This document shows, in pieces, positions 61,651 to 64,000 of a stretch of DNA of 64,000 nucleotides. The stretch lies in NCBI GenBank assembly GCA_013239625.1, contig MU053881.1:2480001-2544000 (forward strand), in the 5' to 3' direction. Source of the DNA: Lama guanicoe. Lineage: Eukaryota. The position numbers and the translations under genes are program-made. The notes beneath the pieces are model-generated. The model had not been told where the DNA came from, did not search any database, and saw only the letters and a list, made by a program, of their open reading frames with translations. Numbering within the stretch: position 1 is the first letter of the stretch; the number at the start of each line of letters is the position of its first letter.

Positions 61651-62479
61651 GGATAACCTAAACCTCTTGTTTAAAAATATTTGCAGAACCTTTTATGATT
61701 CACAAAGTACCCCCACGTTTTCTTAAACACCAGGGTTTGGAGAGGGCAGGAATTGGAGCTCTGATGCCCAGGGGGAAAGAGGCCCAGGTAAGATGCTACC
61801 CTTGGCATTAAAGCCCACTCCGCCTGCTCCTGGAATCTGGGAGAGTTTCCCGCTGGGAGAAGATGGCCCAGGAGCCGGCAGTTCGCAAAAGAAGCACACT
61901 TTGGCTCTTTGAGAGCCAGGGCGCCCATGCCTCAACCCCAGAAATAATACAGAGCTGGGCTCAAGGGGTGTCTTGGGGCCTTGGCAATGGCCATGGACGG
62001 TCTGCCCAGGCCAAGGGCTTAGGCAGCCAGGAGAAGGGAGGCAAGGAAAAAAAGAGGAGCCAGTGACAGAGCATAGAGGAGAACTGCAGAATCACAGAGC
62101 CGAAAAAGCCCGTGTGTTCGCTATTCACCCTCCTCCTGTTCACTGCAGGCAGAGAGGGACTGAGCTGCCCCAGGTCACAAGGAGCTGCCCGGTCAGGGCA
62201 GACGCAGGTTCAAATCTCTTTCCTAGACTCACAGTCTGGACATCAGAGGGACGACATACAGAGGCCTCAAAGCCACATCCCTCTGCACAGCACCCCGTTA
62301 AGTTGCTGTCATAGTAACTCCATCCCAGTCTGAGATGACACTGTCCTGTATCTGTGTGCAGGCACTAGATCTGCCTGGTGTCCCCAGAACATGACTCAAG
62401 ACAGAGAGATGGTGCTCTGTGATTTCTTATGAACAATGAATAAATAAATTTGGTCCTGTATGTGAACTGCTTCATACAC

Positions 62480-62695
62480 AGGGCGTTCTGCGGCCGGCTC
62501 CTGCCAGCTCTTACTGGCTCTTTAAGAACCAATTGTTAAATATTCAAGATTTGTGAGCTGATTATTAAAAAAAAAATTGGTAGCTTGAAATCAGCCTTGG
62601 TGAGAGTATTTACACCACAGCAATCAGCTAATGCTACAAATCAGGGCTGCTTTCTCTACCCCACCCCTACCCCCAGCAAAACACTTACAGCCAAT
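62480..62695 (+). mobile_element. MER63-like hAT-Blackjack element
   Basis: TGGTAGCTTGAAATCAGCCTTGGTGAGAGTATTTACACCAC...TGCTACAAATCAGGGCT. Confidence 0.8.
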
Positions 62696-63384
62696 CTTCT
62701 TAACCTGAGTTAATCTTCTTAATCTCCAAATCTTCCAAATAAAGGAAAAAGTGAAATGCCTCCTGCCTCCTGCCTCCTTCTGTTTCCTTCGAATACCTCT
62801 TCTCTCCCTCACAAGGCCAGGCCCTGCTTCTGGAGACAGTACTAGAAGAGTTAATTCCCCATTACCTCCCACTCCCTCTCAGCGCATCACCTGTTTTCCC
62901 CGGTTCAGTCCCAGGTGGGGTATAAACACACCCAGTGATAAACGGCCCCACATGCTGCACACTGGAGCCCTCTGCTCCCTCCACCACCTGTTCCGTCCCA
63001 GCTGGAGGGAGGGCAAAGGAAGAGGGGGCTTCCATCTGAGTCAGAATCATCCATCCTAAGTAACTAACTGCCAAAGAAGGGGTGCAGAGATCCCCCCACC
63101 AGCTTCTCCAAACTCCTCCTGCCCCAGGCTGGCTTCTGAGGCTGCTGGACGAGCCAGAGAGCTGAGGGGGCCAGGAAACCACCTGCCAGGGCACAGGGTC
63201 TCTTCCCAGATCAAAAGCTAAGACACTCTTTTTAAGACCTCGCTGTATGGTCCTGCCGGAGCCCAGCCCCAGAACTGGTGCTCTGACCTCTCAGCCACCC
63301 TCTCCGCAGCCCGGGAAGGGAAAGTGTGTCTGGCAGACATCACTGGTCGCCTGCCTCTGTCCATTGCCTTCTTGCCTGATACTG

Positions 63385-63800
63385 TTCAGCTTGACTCTTG
63401 GTGATTCCTTGTCCCATGCCTCTGATTTGTTTAGGGGGAGTGCGAGTGTGGTTTGGTTACAGCCAATAACACATGAAGGGAGGTCGGAGACTTCTTTAAT
63501 TCTGGAAGAGAATCATCACAGGGAGAGATGCTCTCTTCTATCTCTGAGCATTACGGTATCTGGGTGTAAATCCTGGAGCTTCAGCAGCCATATTGTGACC
63601 CTGAGGGGAAGTGAAGTTGAGGATGGGGCTGATGGACCAACAAAGGCAAAGCAGAGGCAGGGAAAGAGCTGAGGTCACTGATGACTTCACTGGACCTCTG
63701 ATTCCCATGCCCGGAGGCAGTCCTCCTCTAGACCTCCTAGGAAAGGTCCTTCTCCATTTCGAGTTGGATTAGTTATCTGCAACCAAAGGTATCCCAACCT
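63385..63800 (+). mobile_element. MLT1 solo LTR
   Basis: CAGCAGCCATATTGTGACCCTGAGGG...GTTATCTGCAACCAAAGGTATCCC. Confidence 0.7.
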
Positions 63801-64000
63801 GGGGAAAGCAAAGCTGGGGCCATCTCAGCTGCCAGGGCAGGAGATGCTGGCACCTGGAACTCCCCATGTTCTCTATCAGTTAGTCTGCCATTTGCAAACC
63901 TGCCTCTCTCCTCTCTCTTGTCTAGGGCCAGACCCTGGCCGTGTGTGCCATTCCCTGGTCCCCTCCTCAGGCTGGAGGTGACCTCTAGCCTAAGACCAGT

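Noticed and set aside
62915..62945. TATAAA plus GATA motif
   Set aside because: Isolated short motifs with no supporting promoter context
1..64000. Assigning the locus to a named developmental gene
   Set aside because: The landscape suggests a regulatory region, but I recognise no exon or diagnostic sequence; a genome alignment is needed

Overview
Mammalian, repeat-rich, apparently non-coding DNA (intergenic, or inside a very large intron). I found no protein-coding exon, true RNA gene, CRISPR array or prokaryotic feature. The ORF track is chance ORFs plus decayed LINE-1 fragments. Six tRNA-Ala(AGC)-derived SINEs, three or four with an AAACCTAATTACCTCCCC-type tail, and cetartiodactyl-type L1 3' ends suggest a camelid genome (inference); I saw no Alu, BovB/Bov-A, PRE or CanSINE copies. 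About 1.7-16.1 kb is a deeply nested LINE-1 cluster. The rest is GC-richer DNA carrying MIR, L2, MLT1 (MaLR) LTRs, hAT/Tigger MITEs and two ERV1-type solo LTRs, interspersed with repeat-free, homeodomain-motif-rich islands that look like conserved enhancers. A CpG island lies at about 60.9-61.65 kb. The best leads are: (i) the CpG island with an antisense ancient SINE head overlapping a consensus splice donor, (ii) a 5'-intact L1 whose ORF2 is collapsed to an in-frame N-terminus/C-terminus mini-ORF, (iii) a CCAAT/GC-box-rich MLT1 LTR, and (iv) the enhancer-like islands. I cannot support a claim of a new biological system. Repeat family names are from recalled consensus motifs, not a database search, and boundaries without a TSD are approximate.
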